DNA of 64,000 nucleotides from Eutreptiella sp. 'Long Island Sound 2002' (taxonomy: Eukaryota; Protista; Euglenida). Location: NCBI GenBank assembly GCA_964036045.1, contig OZ038378.1, positions 58,094,001-58,158,000 of the forward strand, given 5' to 3'. This document shows, piece after piece, positions 35,694 to 51,115 of this stretch; the stretch's first letter is position 1; every line of letters begins with the position of its first letter. A model generated the notes under the pieces. That model saw nothing but the letters and a program-made list of their open reading frames with translations. It was not told where the DNA came from and made no database searches. The position numbers and the translations under genes were made by a program.

Positions 35694-36203
35694 ACGCCTC
35701 AACAGGCGGTTCTTGGACCACCCGTCAGGCTCGTATGGCCATTGGATGGGCGCGGCTGGTTAACCACTGTCCTGTGCTGGTGACTCACTGTCCTGTACCC
35801 GCCAATCGCGGTTGGTTCGCCCACGGAGTGCCTCCGCCCCAGGGCAGGTGTAGGAAAGCAGGGGCAGGCGGGCACGGTGTCGGTTTGTGATTGCTCAGCA
35901 TTTTATGGGCCGCTGTGCATTGTGCACTGCGCTCTGCGGCTGTGAGGCCGCCGAGCTGGGCTGAGGGAGTGGTACTGTGATCTATGCAAGCCCCCACCTC
36001 TCAGAGAGTCATTAGATATCACACACACACATACACACAAACACATACATGCATACAGCACAGCATTATCTCTTGCAGACTGCAGTAACCTTGTGTTCAA
36101 GGTGTGATGCGCCCTGCAGAGGCTGGACCAATTCCTTCTGCAAAGGGCGGCGCCGCCAACACACCACAGCTTGTCTTGGCACATACCGCAAGCGCACGCG
36201 CGC

Positions 36204-36240
<37 letters not shown>

Positions 36241-37845
36241 GGCATGCAGGGCGTGCCAGGGGGTTTACCCCTCTCTGTTCCGTTTTGAATGGGAACCATG
36301 GTACAGCGTTTTTTCAGGTCGCGATTATCTTCAGAGCTCTGGCCTCTGTTAATCTTTTTGGTCGAGCTCGCACCCCTGCGTAGTGCTTAGCAACAATGCA
36401 TGCACTGCAGCACGGTTTGGAGACATGGACGCCAATCTGTGGATCCGGCCAGCTTGCGTGATCCGTCGAACTTATTTGTCGCATGCACCGCAGTGTGAGG
36501 AGACTGATAAAACGATCAGGAAATTTGTGGCTTCAGTTTGAGAGGAACCTGATTTAGTTGTGTGTGAAACCAGCCCCCACCCCTCCCAGTTGAAGCACGA
36601 AGCTACTAGGGTGCAGCAGGCGCGAGGAGGGCACTCCAAAGGCAGTGCATGAATGGCGCCATGTTAGTACGCGCATAGTCAGGTATGCTTTGTGTCCTTT
36701 GGTGCCTTGGCACTTTTCTCTGGGCTCATTACCCGAACCCTCTCGCCGTGGACGCCTGTCCCTTTGCAGCTTCGGGCTTGCTACAGGGCGTGACGAGAGC
36801 AGGTGCTTTGCCCGATCTCCTCGACCTTTCGCCACAACTCTGCCTGCCCCACGCGTTGTGATTGTGGGCCGCAACAGAGTCACTGGGGGTGGCGAGCTGA
36901 TGCAATACCTAGTGTTTTGTATGTTGCAATACCTAGTGCATTGTATTTTGCGAAAATAAGGACCGCAGGGGTTAGATTGGGCAGCAGGGTCTGGGATTGA
37001 TGGACAAATTAAGTGGACAATTCAGCTCCGCCCTTGAATTCGTCATCTCCGGCATGACACCTCCGTGGACAAATTGGTCCAGCTGCTGCAGCAGCTGGTA
37101 GGATCAGCCCGAGTTTGCGTGTGCGGCATAGCAGGATCGTCTGTCTGTTGGAGCGACAAGAAGCTCTTGGAGAGTCGATCCTGTCGTACATGCTGAAGGC
37201 GCCCCTGGTCCCTCGGGGCACGCCGGTGATCAACGCCCTCATGAAGCAGCAGCGCGCTATCACCAATCTGCTGTGCGCGTTGGTGGGCCTGCCGGTGGAT
37301 GGGGATATGATGCTGGAGCACAGGTTGCGCCTGTAGACGCCTCAACAGGCGGTTCTTGGACCACCCGTCAGGCTGGTATGGCCATTGGATGGGCGCGGCT
37401 GGTTAACCACTGTCCTGTGCTGGTGACTCACTGTCCTGTACCCGCCAATCGCGGTTGGTTCGCCCACGGAGTGCCTCCGCCCCAGGGCAGGTGTAGGAAA
37501 GCAGGGGCAGGCGGGCACGGTGTCGGTTTGTGATTGCTCAGCATTTTATGGGCCGCTGTGCATTGTGCACTGCGCTCTGCGGCTGTGAGGCCGCCGAGCT
37601 GGGCTGAGGGAGTGGTACTGTGATCTATGCAAGCCCCCACCTCTCAGAGAGTCATTAGATATCACACACACACATACACACAAACACATACATGCATACA
37701 GCACAGCATTATCTCTTGCAGACTGCAGTAACCTTGTGTTCAAGGTGTGATGCGCCCTGCAGAGGCTGGACCAATTCCTTCTGCAAAGGGCGGCGCCGCC
37801 AACACACCACAGCTTGTCTTGGCACATACCGCAAGCGCACGCGCG

Positions 37846-37885
<40 letters not shown>

Positions 37886-39490
37886 GGCATGCAGGGCGTG
37901 CCAGGGGGTTTACCCCTCTCTGTTCCGTTTTGAATGGGAACCATGGTACAGCGTTTTTTCAGGTCACGATTCTCTTCAGAGCTCTGGCCTCTGTTAATCT
38001 TTTTGGTCGAGCTCGCACCCCTGCGTAGTGCTTAGCAACAATGCATGCACTGCAGCACGGTTTGGAGACATGGACGCCAATCTGTGGATCCGGCCAGCTT
38101 GCGTGATCCGTCGAACTTATTTGTCGCATGCACCGCAGTGTGAGGAGACTGATAAAACGATCAGGAAATTTGTGGCTTCAGTTTGAGAGGAACCTGATTT
38201 AGTTGTGTGTGAAACCAGCCCCCACCCCTCCCAGTTGAAGCACGAAGCTACTAGGGTGCAGCAGGCGCGAGGAGGGCACTCCAAAGGCAGTGCATGAATG
38301 GCGCCATGTTAGTACGCGCATAGTCAGGTATGCTTTGTGTCCTTTGGTGCCTTGGCACTTTTCTCTAGGCTCATTACCCGAACCCTCTCGCCGTGGACGC
38401 CTGTCCCTTTGCAGCTTCGGGCTTGCTACAGGGCGTGACGAGAGCAGGTGCTTTGCCCGATCTCCTCGACCTTTCGCCACAACTCTGCCTGCCCCACGCG
38501 TTGTGATTGTGGGCCGCAACAGAGTCACTGGGGGTGGCGAGCTGATGCAATACCTAGTGTTTTGTATGTTGCAATACCTAGTGCATTGTATTTTGCGAAA
38601 ATAAGGACCGCAGGGGTTAGATTGGGCAGCAGGGTCTGGGATTGATGGACAAATTAAGTGGACAATTCAGCTCCGCCCTTGAATTCGTCATCTCCGGCAT
38701 GACACCTCCGTGGACAAATTGGTCCAGCTGCTGCAGCAGCTGGTAGGATCAGCCCGAGTTTGCGTGTGCGGCATAGCAGGATCGTCTGTCTGTTGGAGCG
38801 ACAAGAAGCTCTTGGAGAGTCGATCCTGTCGTACATGCTGAAGGCGCCCCTGGTCCCTCGGGGCACGCCGGTGATCAACGCCCTCATGAAGCAGCAGCGC
38901 GCTATCACCAATCTGCTGTGCGCGTTGGTGGGCCTGCCGGTGGATGGGGATATGATGCTGGCGCACAGGTTGCGCCTGTAGACGCCTCAACAGGCGGTTC
39001 TTGGACCACCCGTCAGGCTCGTATGGCCATTGGATGGGCGCGGCTGGTTAACCACTGTCCTGTGCTGGTGACTCACTGTCCTGTACCCGCCAATCGCGGT
39101 TGGTTCGCCCACGGAGTGCCTCCGCCCCAGGGCAGGTGTAGGAAAGCAGGGGCAGGCGGGCACGGTGTCGGTTTGTGATTGCTCAGCATTTTATGGGCCG
39201 CTGTGCATTGTGCACTGCGCTCTGCGGCTGTGAGGCCGCCGAGCTGGGCTGAGGGAGTGGTACTGTGATCTATGCAAGCCCCCACCTCTCAGAGAGTCAT
39301 TAGATATCACACACACACATACACACAAACACATACATGCATACAGCACAGCATTATCTCTTGCAGACTGCAGTAACCTTGTGTTCAAGGTGTGATGCGC
39401 CCTGCAGAGGCTGGACCAATTCCTTCTGCAAAGGGCGGCGCCGCCAACACACCACAGCTTGTCTTGGCACATACCGCAAGCGCACACGCG

Positions 39491-39530
<40 letters not shown>

Positions 39531-41135
39531 GGCATGCAGGGCGTGCCAGGGGGTTTACCCCTCTCTGTTCCGTTTTGAATGGGAACCATGGTACAGCGTT
39601 TTTTCAGGTCGCGATTATCTTCAGAGCTCTGGCCTCTGTTAATCTTTTTGGTCGAGCTCGCACCCCTGCGTAGTGCTTAGCAACAATGCATGCACTGCAG
39701 CACGGTTTGGAGACATGGACGCCAATCTGTGGATCCGGCCAGCTTGCGTGATCCGTCGAACTTATTTGTCGCATGCACCGCAGTGTGAGGAGACTGATAA
39801 AACGATCAGGAAATTTGTGGCTTCAGTTTGAGAGGAACCTGATTTAGTTGTGTGTGAAACCAGCCCCCACCCCTCCCAGTTGAAGCACGAAGCTACTAGG
39901 GTGCAGCAGGCGCGAGGAGGGCACTCCAAAGGCAGTGCATGAATGGCGCCATGTTAGTACGCGCATAGTCAGGTATGCTTTGTGTCCTTTGGTGCCTTGG
40001 CACTTTTCTCTGGGCTCATTACCCGAACCCTCTCGCCGTGGACGCCTGTCCCTTTGCAGCTTCGGGCTTGCTACAGGGCGTGACGAGAGCAGGTGCTTTG
40101 CCCGATCTCCTCGACCTTTCGCCACAACTCTGCCTGCCCCACGCGTTGTGATTGTGGGCCGCAACAGAGTCACTGGGGGTGGCGAGCTGATGCAATACCT
40201 AGTGTTTTGTATGTTGCAATACCTAGTGCATTGTATTTTGCGAAAATAAGGACCGCAGGGGTTAGATTGGGCAGCAGGGTCTGGGATTGATGGACAAATT
40301 AAGTGGACAATTCAGCTCCGCCCTTGAATTCGTCATCTCCGGCATGACACCTCCGTGGACAAATTGGTCCAGCTGCTGCAGCAGCCGGTAGGATCAGCCC
40401 GAGTTTGCGTGTGCGGCATAGCAGGATCGTCTGTCTGTTGGAGCGACAAGAAGCTCTTGGAGAGTCGATCCTGTCGTACATGCTGAAGGCGCCCCTGGTC
40501 CCTCGGGGCACGCCGGTGATCAACGCCCTCATGAAGCAGCAGCGCGCTATCACCAATCTGCTGTGCGCGTTGGTGGGCCTGCCGGTGGATGGGGATATGA
40601 TGCTGGAGCACAGGTTGCGCCTGTAGACGCCTCAACAGGCGGTTCTTGGACCACCCGTCAGGCTGGTATGGCCATTGGATGGGCGCGGCTGGTTAACCAC
40701 TGTCCTGTGCTGGTGACTCACTGTCCTGTACCCGCCAATCGCGGTTGGTTCGCCCACGGAGTGCCTCCGCCCCAGGGCAGGTGTAGGAAAGCAGGGGCAG
40801 GCGGGCACGGTGTCGGTTTGTGATTGCTCAGCATTTTATGGGCCGCTGTGCATTGTGCACTGCGCTCTGCGGCTGTGAGGCCGCCGAGCTGGGCTGAGGG
40901 AGTGGTACTGTGATCTATGCAAGCCCCCACCTCTCAGAGAGTCATTAGATATCACACACACACATACACACAAACACATACATGCATACAGCACAGCATT
41001 ATCTCTTGCAGACTGCAGTAACCTTGTGTTCAAGGTGTGATGCGCCCTGCAGAGGCTGGACCAATTCCTTCTGCAAAGGGCGGCGCCGCCAACACACCAC
41101 AGCTTGTCTTGGCACATACCGCAAGCGCACGCGCG

Positions 41136-41175
<40 letters not shown>

Positions 41176-42780
41176 GGCATGCAGGGCGTGCCAGGGGGTT
41201 TACCCCTCTCTGTTCCGTTTTGAATGGGAACCATGGTACAGCGTTTTTTCAGGTCACGATTCTCTTCAGAGCTCTGGCCTCTGTTAATCTTTTTGGTCGA
41301 GCTCGCACCCCTGCGTAGTGCTTAGCAACAATGCATGCACTGCAGCACGGTTTGGAGACATGGACGCCAATCTGTGGATCCGGCCAGCTTGCGTGATCCG
41401 TCGAACTTATTTGTCGCATGCACCGCAGTGTGAGGAGACTGATAAAACGATCAGGAAATTTGTGGCTTCGGTTTGAGAGGAACCTGATTTAGTTGTGTGT
41501 GAAACCAGCCCCCACCCCTCCCAGTTGAAGCACGAAGCTACTAGGGTGCAGCAGGCGCGAGGAGGGCACTCCAAAGGCAGTGCATGAATGGCGCCATGTT
41601 AGTACGCGCATAGTCAGGTATGCTTTGTGTCCTTTGGTGCCTTGGCACTTTTCTCTGGGCTCATTACCCGAACCCTCTCGCCGTGGACGCCTGTCCCTTT
41701 GCAGCTTCGGGCTTGCTACAGGGCGTGACGAGAGCAGGTGCTTTGCCCGATCTCCTCGACCTTTCGCCACAACTCTGCCTGCCCCACGCGTTGTGATTGT
41801 GGGCCGCAACAGAGTCACTGGGGGTGGCGAGCTGATGCAATACCTAGTGTTTTGTATGTTGCAATACCTAGTGCATTGTATTTTGCGAAAATAAGGACCG
41901 CAGGGGTTAGATTGGGCAGCAGGGTCTGGGATTGATGGACAAATTAAGTGGACAATTCAGCTCCGCCCTTGAATTCGTCATCTCCGGCATGACACCTCCG
42001 TGGACAAATTGGTCCAGCTGCTGCAGCAGCTTGTAGGATCAGCCCGAGTTTGCGTGTGCGGCATAGCAGGATCGTCTGTCTGTTGGAGCGACAAGAAGCT
42101 CTTGGAGAGTCGATCCTGTCGTACATGCTGAAGGCGCCCATGGTCCCTCGGGGCACGCCGGTGATCAACGCCCTCATGAAGCAGCAGCGCGCTATCACCA
42201 ATCTGCTGTGCGCGTTGGTGGGCCTGCCGGTGGATGGGGATATGATGCTGGAGCACAGGTTGCGCCTGTAGACGCCTCAACAGGCGGTTCTTGGACCACC
42301 TGTCAGGCTCGTATGGCCATTGGATGGGCGCGGCTGGTTAACCACTGTCCTGTGCTGGTGACTCACTGTCCTGCACCCGCCAATCGCGGTTGGTTCGCCC
42401 ACGGAGTGCCTCCGCCCCAGGGCAGGTGTAGGAAAGCAGGGGCAGGCGGGCACGGTGTCGGTTTGTGATTGCTCAGCATTTTATGGGGCGCTGTGCATTG
42501 TGCACTGCGCTCTGCGGCTGTGAGGCCGCCGAGCTGGGCTGAGGGAGTGGTACTGTGATCTATGCAAGCCCCCACCTCTCAGAGAGTCATTAGATATCAC
42601 ACACACACATACACACAAACACATACATGCATACAGCACAGCATTATCTCTTGCAGACTGCAGTAACCTTGTGTTCAAGGTGTGATGCGCCCTGCAGAGG
42701 CTGGACCAATTCCTTCTGCAAAGGGCGGCGCCGCCAACACACCACAGCTTGTCTTGGCACATACCGCAAGCGCACGCGCG

Positions 42781-42830
<50 letters not shown>

Positions 42831-45800
42831 GGCATGCAGGGCGTGCCAGGGGGTTTACCCCTCTCTGTTCCGTTTTGAATGGGAACCATGGTACAGCGTT
42901 TTTTCAGGTCACGATTCTCTTCAGAGCTCTGGCCTCTGTTAATCTTTTTGGTCGAGCTCGCACCCCTGCGTAGTGCTTAGCAACAATGCATGCACTGCAG
43001 CACGGTTTGGAGACATGGACGCCAATCTGTGGATCCGGCCAGCTTGCGTGATCCGTCGAACTTATTTGTCGCATGCACCGCAGTGTGAGGAGACTGATAA
43101 AACGATCAGGAAATTTGTGGCTTCAGTTTGAGAGGAACCTGATTTAGTTGTGTGTGAAACCAGCCCCCACCCCTCCCAGTTGAAGCACGAAGCTACTAGG
43201 GTGCAGCAGGCGCGAGGAGGGCACTCCAAAGGCAGTGCATGAATGGCGCCATGTTAGTACGCGCATAGTCAGGTATGCTTTGTGTCCTTTGGTGCCTTGG
43301 CACTTTTCTCTGGGCTCATTACCCGAACCCTCTCGCCGTGGACGCCTGTCCCTTTGCAGCTTCGGGCTTGCTACAGGGCGTGACGAGAGCAGGTGCTTTG
43401 CCCGATCTCCTCGACCTTTCGCCACAACTCTGCCTGCCCCACGCGTTGTGATTGTGGGCCGCAACAGAGTCACTGGGGGTGGCGAGCTGATGCAATACCT
43501 AGTGTTTTGTATGTTGCAATACCTAGTGCATTGTATTTTGCGAAAATAAGGACCGCAGGGGTTAGATTGGGCAGCAGGGTCTGGGATTGATGGACAAATT
43601 AAGTGGACAATTCAGCTCCGCCCTTGAATTCGTCATCTCCGGCATGACACCTCCGTGGACAAATTGGTCCAGCTGCTGCAGCAGCCGGTAGGATCAGCCC
43701 GAGTTTGCGTGTGCGGCATAGCAGGATCGTCTGTCTGTTGGAGCGACAAGAAGCTCTTGGAGAGTCGATCCTGTCGTACATGCTGAAGGCGCCCCTGGTC
43801 CCTCGGGGCATGCCGGTGATCAACGCCCTCATGAAGCAGCAGCGCGCTATCACCAATCTGCTGTGCGCGTTGGTGGGCCTGCCGGTGGATGGGGATATGA
43901 TGCTGGAGCACAGGTTGCGCCTGTAGACGCCTCAACAGGCGGTTCTTGGACCACCCGTCAGGCTCGTATGGCCATTGGATGGGCGCGGCTGGTTAACCAC
44001 TGTCCTGTGCTGGTGACTCACTGTCCTGTACCCGCCAATCGCGGTTGGTTCGCCCACGGAGTGCCTCCGCCCCAGGGCAGGTGTAGGAAAGCAGGGGCAG
44101 GCGGGCACGGTGTCGGTTTGTGATTGCTCAGCATTTTATGGGCCGCTGTGCATTGTGCACTGCGCTCTGCGGCTGTGAGGCCGCCGAGCTGGGCTGAGGG
44201 AGTGGTACTGTGATCTATGCAAGCCCCCACCTCTCAGAGAGTCATTAGATATCACACACACACATACACACAAACACATACATGCATACAGCACAGCATT
44301 ATCTCTTGCAGACTGCAGTAACCTTGTGTTCAAGGTGTGATGCGCCCTGCAGAGGCTGGACCAATTCCTTCTGCAAAGGGCGGCGCCGCCAACACACCAC
44401 AGCTTGTCTTGGCACATACCGCAAGCGCACGCGCGCATACACACACACACACACACACACACATACACACACATACAGGCATGCAGGGCGTGCCAGGGGG
44501 TTTACCCCTCTCTGTTCCGTTTTGAATGGGAACCATGGTACAGCGTTTTTTCAGGTCACGATTCTCTTCAGAGCTCTGGCCTCTGTTAATCTTTTTGGTC
44601 GAGCTCGCACCCCTGCGTAGTGCTTAGCAACAATGCATGCACTGCAGCACGGTTTGGAGACATGGACGCCAATCTGTGGATCCGGCCAGCTTGCGTGATC
44701 CGTCGAACTTATTTGTCGCATGCACCGCAGTGTGAGGAGACTGATAAAACGATCAGGAAATTTGTGGCTTCAGTTTGAGAGGAACCTGATTTAGTTGTGT
44801 GTGAAACCAGCCCCCACCCCTCCCAGTTGAAGCACGAAGCTACTAGGGTGCAGCAGGCGCGAGGAGGGCACTCCAAAGGCAGTGCATGAATGGCGCCATG
44901 TTAGTACGCGCATAGTCAGGTATGCTTTGTGTCCTTTGGTGCCTTGGCACTTTTCTCTGGGCTCATTACCCGAACCCTCTCGCCGTGGACGCCTGTCCCT
45001 TTGCAGCTTCGGGCTTGCTACAGGGCGTGACGAGAGCAGGTGCTTTGCCCGATCTCCTCGACCTTTCGCCACAACTCTGCCTGCCCCACGCGTTGTGATT
45101 GTGGGCCGCAACAGAGTCACTGGGGGTGGCGAGCTGATGCAATACCTAGTGTTTTGTATGTTGCAATACCTAGTGCATTGTATTTTGCGAAAATAAGGAC
45201 CGCAGGGGTTAGATTGGGCAGCAGGGTCTGGGATTGATGGACAAATTAAGTGGACAATTCAGCTCCGCCCTTGAATTCGTCATCTCCGGCATGACACCTC
45301 CGTGGACAAATTGGTCCAGCTGCTGCAGCAGCTGGTAGGATCAGCCCGAGTTTGCGTGTGCGGCATAGCAGGATCGTCTGTCTGTTGGAGCGACAAGAAG
45401 CTCTTGGAGAGTCGATCCTGTCGTACATGCTGAAGGCGCCCATGGTCCCTCGGGGCACGCCGGTGATCAACGCCCTCATGAAGCAGCAGCGCGCTATCAC
45501 CAATCTGCTGTGCGCGTTGGTGGGCCTGCCGGTGGATGGGGATATGATGCTGGAGCACAGGTTGCGCCTGTAGACGCCTCAACAGGCGGTTCTTGGACCA
45601 CCTGTCAGGCTCGTATGGCCATTGGATGGGCGCGGCTGGTTAACCACTGTCCTGTGCTGGTGACTCACTGTCCTGTACCCGCCAATCGCGGTTGGTTCGC
45701 CCACGGAGTGCCTCCGCCCCAGGGCAGGTGTAGGAAAGCAGGGGCAGGCGGGCACGGTGTCGGTTTGTGATTGCTCAGCATTTTATGGGCCGCTGTGCAT

Positions 45801-46082
45801 TGTGCACTGCGCTCTGCGGCTGTGAGGCCGCCGGGCTGGGCTGAGGGAGTGGTACTGTGATCTATGCAAGCCCCCACCTCTCAGAGAGTCATTAGATATC
45901 ACACACACACATACACACAAACACATACATGCATACAGCACAGCATTATCTCTTGCAGACTGCAGTAACCTTGTGTTCAAGGTGTGATGCGCCCTGCAGA
46001 GGCTGGACCAATTCCTTCTGCAAAGGGCGGCGCCGCCAACACACCACAGCTTGTCTTGGCACATACCGCAAGCGCACGCGCG

Positions 46083-46136
<54 letters not shown>

Positions 46137-47741
46137 GGCATGCAGGGCGTGCCAGGGGGTTTACCCCTCTCTGTTCCGTTTTGAATGGGAACCATGGTAC
46201 AGCGTTTTTTCAGGTCACGATTCTCTTCAGAGCTCTGGCCTCTGTTAATCTTTTTGGTCGAGCTCGCACCCCTGCGTAGTGCTTAGCAACAATGCATGCA
46301 CTGCAGCACGGTTTGGAGACATGGACGCCAATCTGTGGATCCGGCCAGCTTGCGTGATCCGTCGAACTTATTTGTCGCATGCACCGCAGTGTGAGGAGAC
46401 TGATAAAACGATCAGGAAATTTGTGGCTTCAGTTTGAGAGGAACCTGATTTAGTTGTGTGTGAAACCAGCCCCCACCCCTCCCAGTTGAAGCACGAAGCT
46501 ACTAGGGTGCAGCAGGCGCGAGGAGGGCACTCCAAAGGCAGTGCATGAAGGGCGCCATGTTAGTACGCGCATAGTCAGGTATGCTTTGTGTCCTTTGGTG
46601 CCTTGGCACTTTTCTCTGGGCTCATTACCCGAACCCTCTCGCCGTGGACGCCTGTCCCTTTGCAGCTTCGGGCTTGCTACAGGGCGTGACGAGAGCAGGT
46701 GCTTTGCCCGATCTCCTCGACCTTTCGCCACAACTCTGCCTGCCCCACGCGTTGTGATTGTGGGCCGCAACAGAGTCACTGGGGGTGGCGAGCTGATGCA
46801 ATACCTAGTGTTTTGTATGTTGCAATACCTAGTGCATTGTATTTTGCGAAAATAAGGACCGCAGGGGTTAGATTGGGCAGCAGGGTCTGGGATTGATGGA
46901 CAAATTAAGTGGACAATTCAGCTCCGCCCTTGAATTCGTCATCTCCGGCATGACACCTCCGTGGACAAATTGGTCCAGCTGCTGCAGCAGCCGGTAGGAT
47001 CAGCCCGAGTTTGCGTGTGCGGCATAGCAGGATCGTCTGTCTGTTGGAGCGACAAGAAGCTCTTGGAGAGTCGATCCTGTCGTACATGCTGAAGGCGCCC
47101 CTGGTCCCTCGGGGCACGCCGGTGATCAACGCCCTCATGAAGCAGCAGCGCGCTATCACCAATCTGCTGTGCGCGTTGGTGGGCCTGCCGGTGGATGGGG
47201 ATATGATGCTGGAGCACAGGTTGCGCCCGTAGACGCCTCAACAGGCGGTTCTTGGACCACCCGTCAGGCTCGTATGGCCATTGGATGGGCGCGGCTGGTT
47301 AACCACTGTCCTGTGCTGGTGACTCACTGTCCTGTACCCGCCAATCGCGGTTGGTTCGCCCACGGAGTGCCTCCGCCCCAGGGCAGGTGTAGGAAAGCAG
47401 GGGCAGGCGGGCACGGTGTCGGTTTGTGATTGCTCAGCATTTTATGGGCCGCTGTGCATTGTGCACTGCGCTCTGCGGCTGTGAGGCCGCCGAGCTGGGC
47501 TGAGGGAGTGGTACTGTGATCTATGCAAGCCCCCACCTCTCAGAGAGTCATTAGATATCACACACACACATACACACAAACACATACATGCATACAGCAC
47601 AGCATTATCTCTTGCAGACTGCAGTAACCTTGTGTTCAAGGTGTGATGCGCCCTGCAGAGGCTGGACCAATTCCTTCTGCAAAGGGCGGCGCCGCCAACA
47701 CACCACAGCTTGTCTTGGCACATACCGCAAGCGCACGCGCG

Positions 47742-47799
<58 letters not shown>

Positions 47800-49404
47800 G
47801 GCATGCAGGGCGTGCCAGGGGGTTTACCCCTCTCTGTTCCGTTTTGAATGGGAACCATGGTACAGCGTTTTTTCAGGTCACGATTCTCTTCAGAGCTCTG
47901 GCCTCTGTTAATCTTTTTGGTCGAGCTCGCACCCCTGCGTAGTGCTTAGCAACAATGCATGCACTGCAGCACGGTTTGGAGACATGGACGCCAATCTGTG
48001 GATCCGGCCAGCTTGCGTGATCCGTCGAACTTATTTGTCGCATGCACCGCAGTGTGAGGAGACTGATAAAACGATCAGGAAATTTGTGGCTTCAGTTTGA
48101 GAGGAACCTGATTTAGTTGTGTGTGAAACCAGCCCCCACCCCTCCCAGTTGAAGCACGAAGCTACTAGGGTGCAGCAGGCGCGAGGAGGGCACTCCAAAG
48201 GCAGTGCATGAATGGCGCCATGTTAGTACGCGCATAGTCAGGTATGCTTTGTGTCCTTTGGTGCCTTGGCACTTTTCTCTGGGCTCATTACCCGAACCCT
48301 CTCGCCGTGGACGCCTGTCCCTTTGCAGCTTCGGGCTTGCTACAGGGCGTGACGAGAGCAGGTGCTTTGCCCGATCTCCTCGACCTTTCGCCACAACTCT
48401 GCCTGCCCCACGCGTTGTGATTGTGGGCCGCAACAGAGTCACTGGGGGTGGCGAGCTGATGCAATACCTAGTGTTTTGTATGTTGCAATACCCAGTGCAT
48501 TGTATTTTGCGAAAATAAGGACCGCAGGGGTTAGATTGGGCAGCAGGGTCTGGGATTGATGGACAAATTAAGTGGACAATTCAGCTCCGCCCTTGAATTC
48601 GTCATCTCCGGCATGACACCTCCGTGGACAAATTGGTCCAGCTGCTGCAGCAGCCGGTAGGATCAGCCCGAGTTTGCGTGTGCGGCATAGCAGGATCGTC
48701 TGTCTGTTGGAGCGACAAGAAGCTCTTGGAGAGTCGATCCTGTCGTACATGCTGAAGGCGCCCATGGTCCCTCGGGGCACGCCGGTGATCAACGCCCTCA
48801 TGAAGCAGCAGCGCGCTATCACCAATCTGCTGTGCGCGTTGGTGGGCCTGCCGGTGGATGGGGATATGATGCTGGAGCACAGGTTGCGCCTGTAGACGCC
48901 TCAACAGGCGGTTCTTGGACCACCCGTCAGGCTCGTATGGCCATTGGATGGGCGCGGCTGGTTAACCACTGTCCTGTGCTGGTGACTCACTGTCCTGTAC
49001 CCGCCAATCGCGGTTGGTTCGCCCACGGAGTGCCTCCGCCCCAGGGCAGGTGTAGGAAAGCAGGGGCAGGCGGGCACGGTGTCGGTTTGTGATTGCTCAG
49101 CATTTTATGGGCCGCTGTGCATTGTGCACTGCGCTCTGCGGCTGTGAGGCCGCCGAGCTGGGCTGAGGGAGTGGTACTGTGATCTATGCAAGCCCCCACC
49201 TCTCAGAGAGTCATTAGATATCACACACACACATACACACAAACACATACATGCATACAGCACAGCATTATCTCTTGCAGACTGCAGTAACCTTGTGTTC
49301 AAGGTGTGATGCGCCCTGCAGAGGCTGGACCAATTCCTTCTGCAAAGGGCGGCGCCGCCAACACACCACAGCTTGTCTTGGCACATACCGCAAGCGCACG
49401 CGCG

Positions 49405-49468
<64 letters not shown>

Positions 49469-51073
49469 GGCATGCAGGGCGTGCCAGGGGGTTTACCCCT
49501 CTCTGTTCCGTTTTGAATGGGAACCATGGTACAGCGTTTTTTCAGGTCACGATTCTCTTCAGAGCTCTGGCCTCTGTTAATCTTTTTGGTCGAGCTCGCA
49601 CCCCTGCGTAGTGCTTAGCAACAATGCATGCACTGCAGCACGGTTTGGAGACATGGACGCCAATCTGTGGATCCGGCCAGCTTGCGTGATCCGTCGAACT
49701 TATTTGTCGCATGCACCGCAGTGTGAGGAGACTGATAAAACGATCAGGAAATTTGTGGCTTCAGTTTGAGAGGAACCTGATTTAGTTGTGTGTGAAACCA
49801 GCCCCCACCCCTCCCAGTTGAAGCACGAAGCTACTAGGGTGCAGCAGGCGCGAGGAGGGCACTCCAAAGGCAGTGCATGAATGGCGCCATGTTAGTACGC
49901 GCATAGTCAGGTATGCTTTGTGTCCTTTGGTGCCTTGGCACTTTTCTCTGGGCTCATTACCCGAACCCTCTCGCCGTGGACGCCTGTCCCTTTGCAGCTT
50001 CGGGCTTGCTACAGGGCGTGACGAGAGCAGGTGCTTTGCCCGATCTCCTCGACCTTTCGCCACAACTCTGCCTGCCCCACGCGTTGTGATTGTGGGCCGC
50101 AACAGAGTCACTGGGGGTGGCGAGCTGATGCAATACCTAGTGTTTTGTATGTTGCAATACCTAGTGCATTGTATTTTGCGAAAATAAGGACCGCAGGGGT
50201 TAGATTGGGCAGCAGGGTCTGGGATTGATGGACAAATTAAGTGGACAATTCAGCTCCGCCCTTGAATTCGTCATCTCCGGCATGACACCTCCGTGGACAA
50301 ATTGGTCCAGCTGCTGCAGCAGCCGGTAGGATCAGCCCGAGTTTGCGTGTGCGGCATAGCAGGATCGTCTGTCTGTTGGAGCGACAAGAAGCTCTTGGAG
50401 AGTCGATCCTGTCGTACATGCTGAAGGCGCCCATGGTCCCTCGGGGCACGCCGGTGATCAACGCCCTCATGAAGCAGCAGCGCGCTATCACCAATCTGCT
50501 GTGCGCGTTGGTGGGCCTGCCGGTGGATGGGGATATGATGCTGGAGCACAGGTTGCGCCTGTAGACGCCTCAACAGGCGGTTCTTGGACCACCCGTCAGG
50601 CTCGTATGGCCATTGGATGGGCGCGGCTGGTTAACCACTGTCCTGTGCTGGTGACTCACTGTCCTGTACCCGCCAATCGCGGTTGGTTCGCCCACGGAGT
50701 GCCTCCGCCCCAGGGCAGGTGTAGGAAAGCAGGGGCAGGCGGGCACGGTGTCGGTTTGTGATTGCTCAGCATTTTATGGGCCGCTGTGCATTGTGCACTG
50801 CGCTCTGCGGCTGTGAGGCCGCCGAGCTGGGCTGAGGGAGTGGTACTGTGATCTATGCAAGCCCCCACCTCTCAGAGAGTCATTAGATATCACACACACA
50901 CATACACACAAACACATACATGCATACAGCACAGCATTATCTCTTGCAGACTGCAGTAACCTTGTGTTCAAGGTGTGATGCGCCCTGCAGAGGCTGGACC
51001 AATTCCTTCTGCAAAGGGCGGCGCCGCCAACACACCACAGCTTGTCTTGGCACATACCGCAAGCGCACGCGCG

Positions 51074-51115
<42 letters not shown>

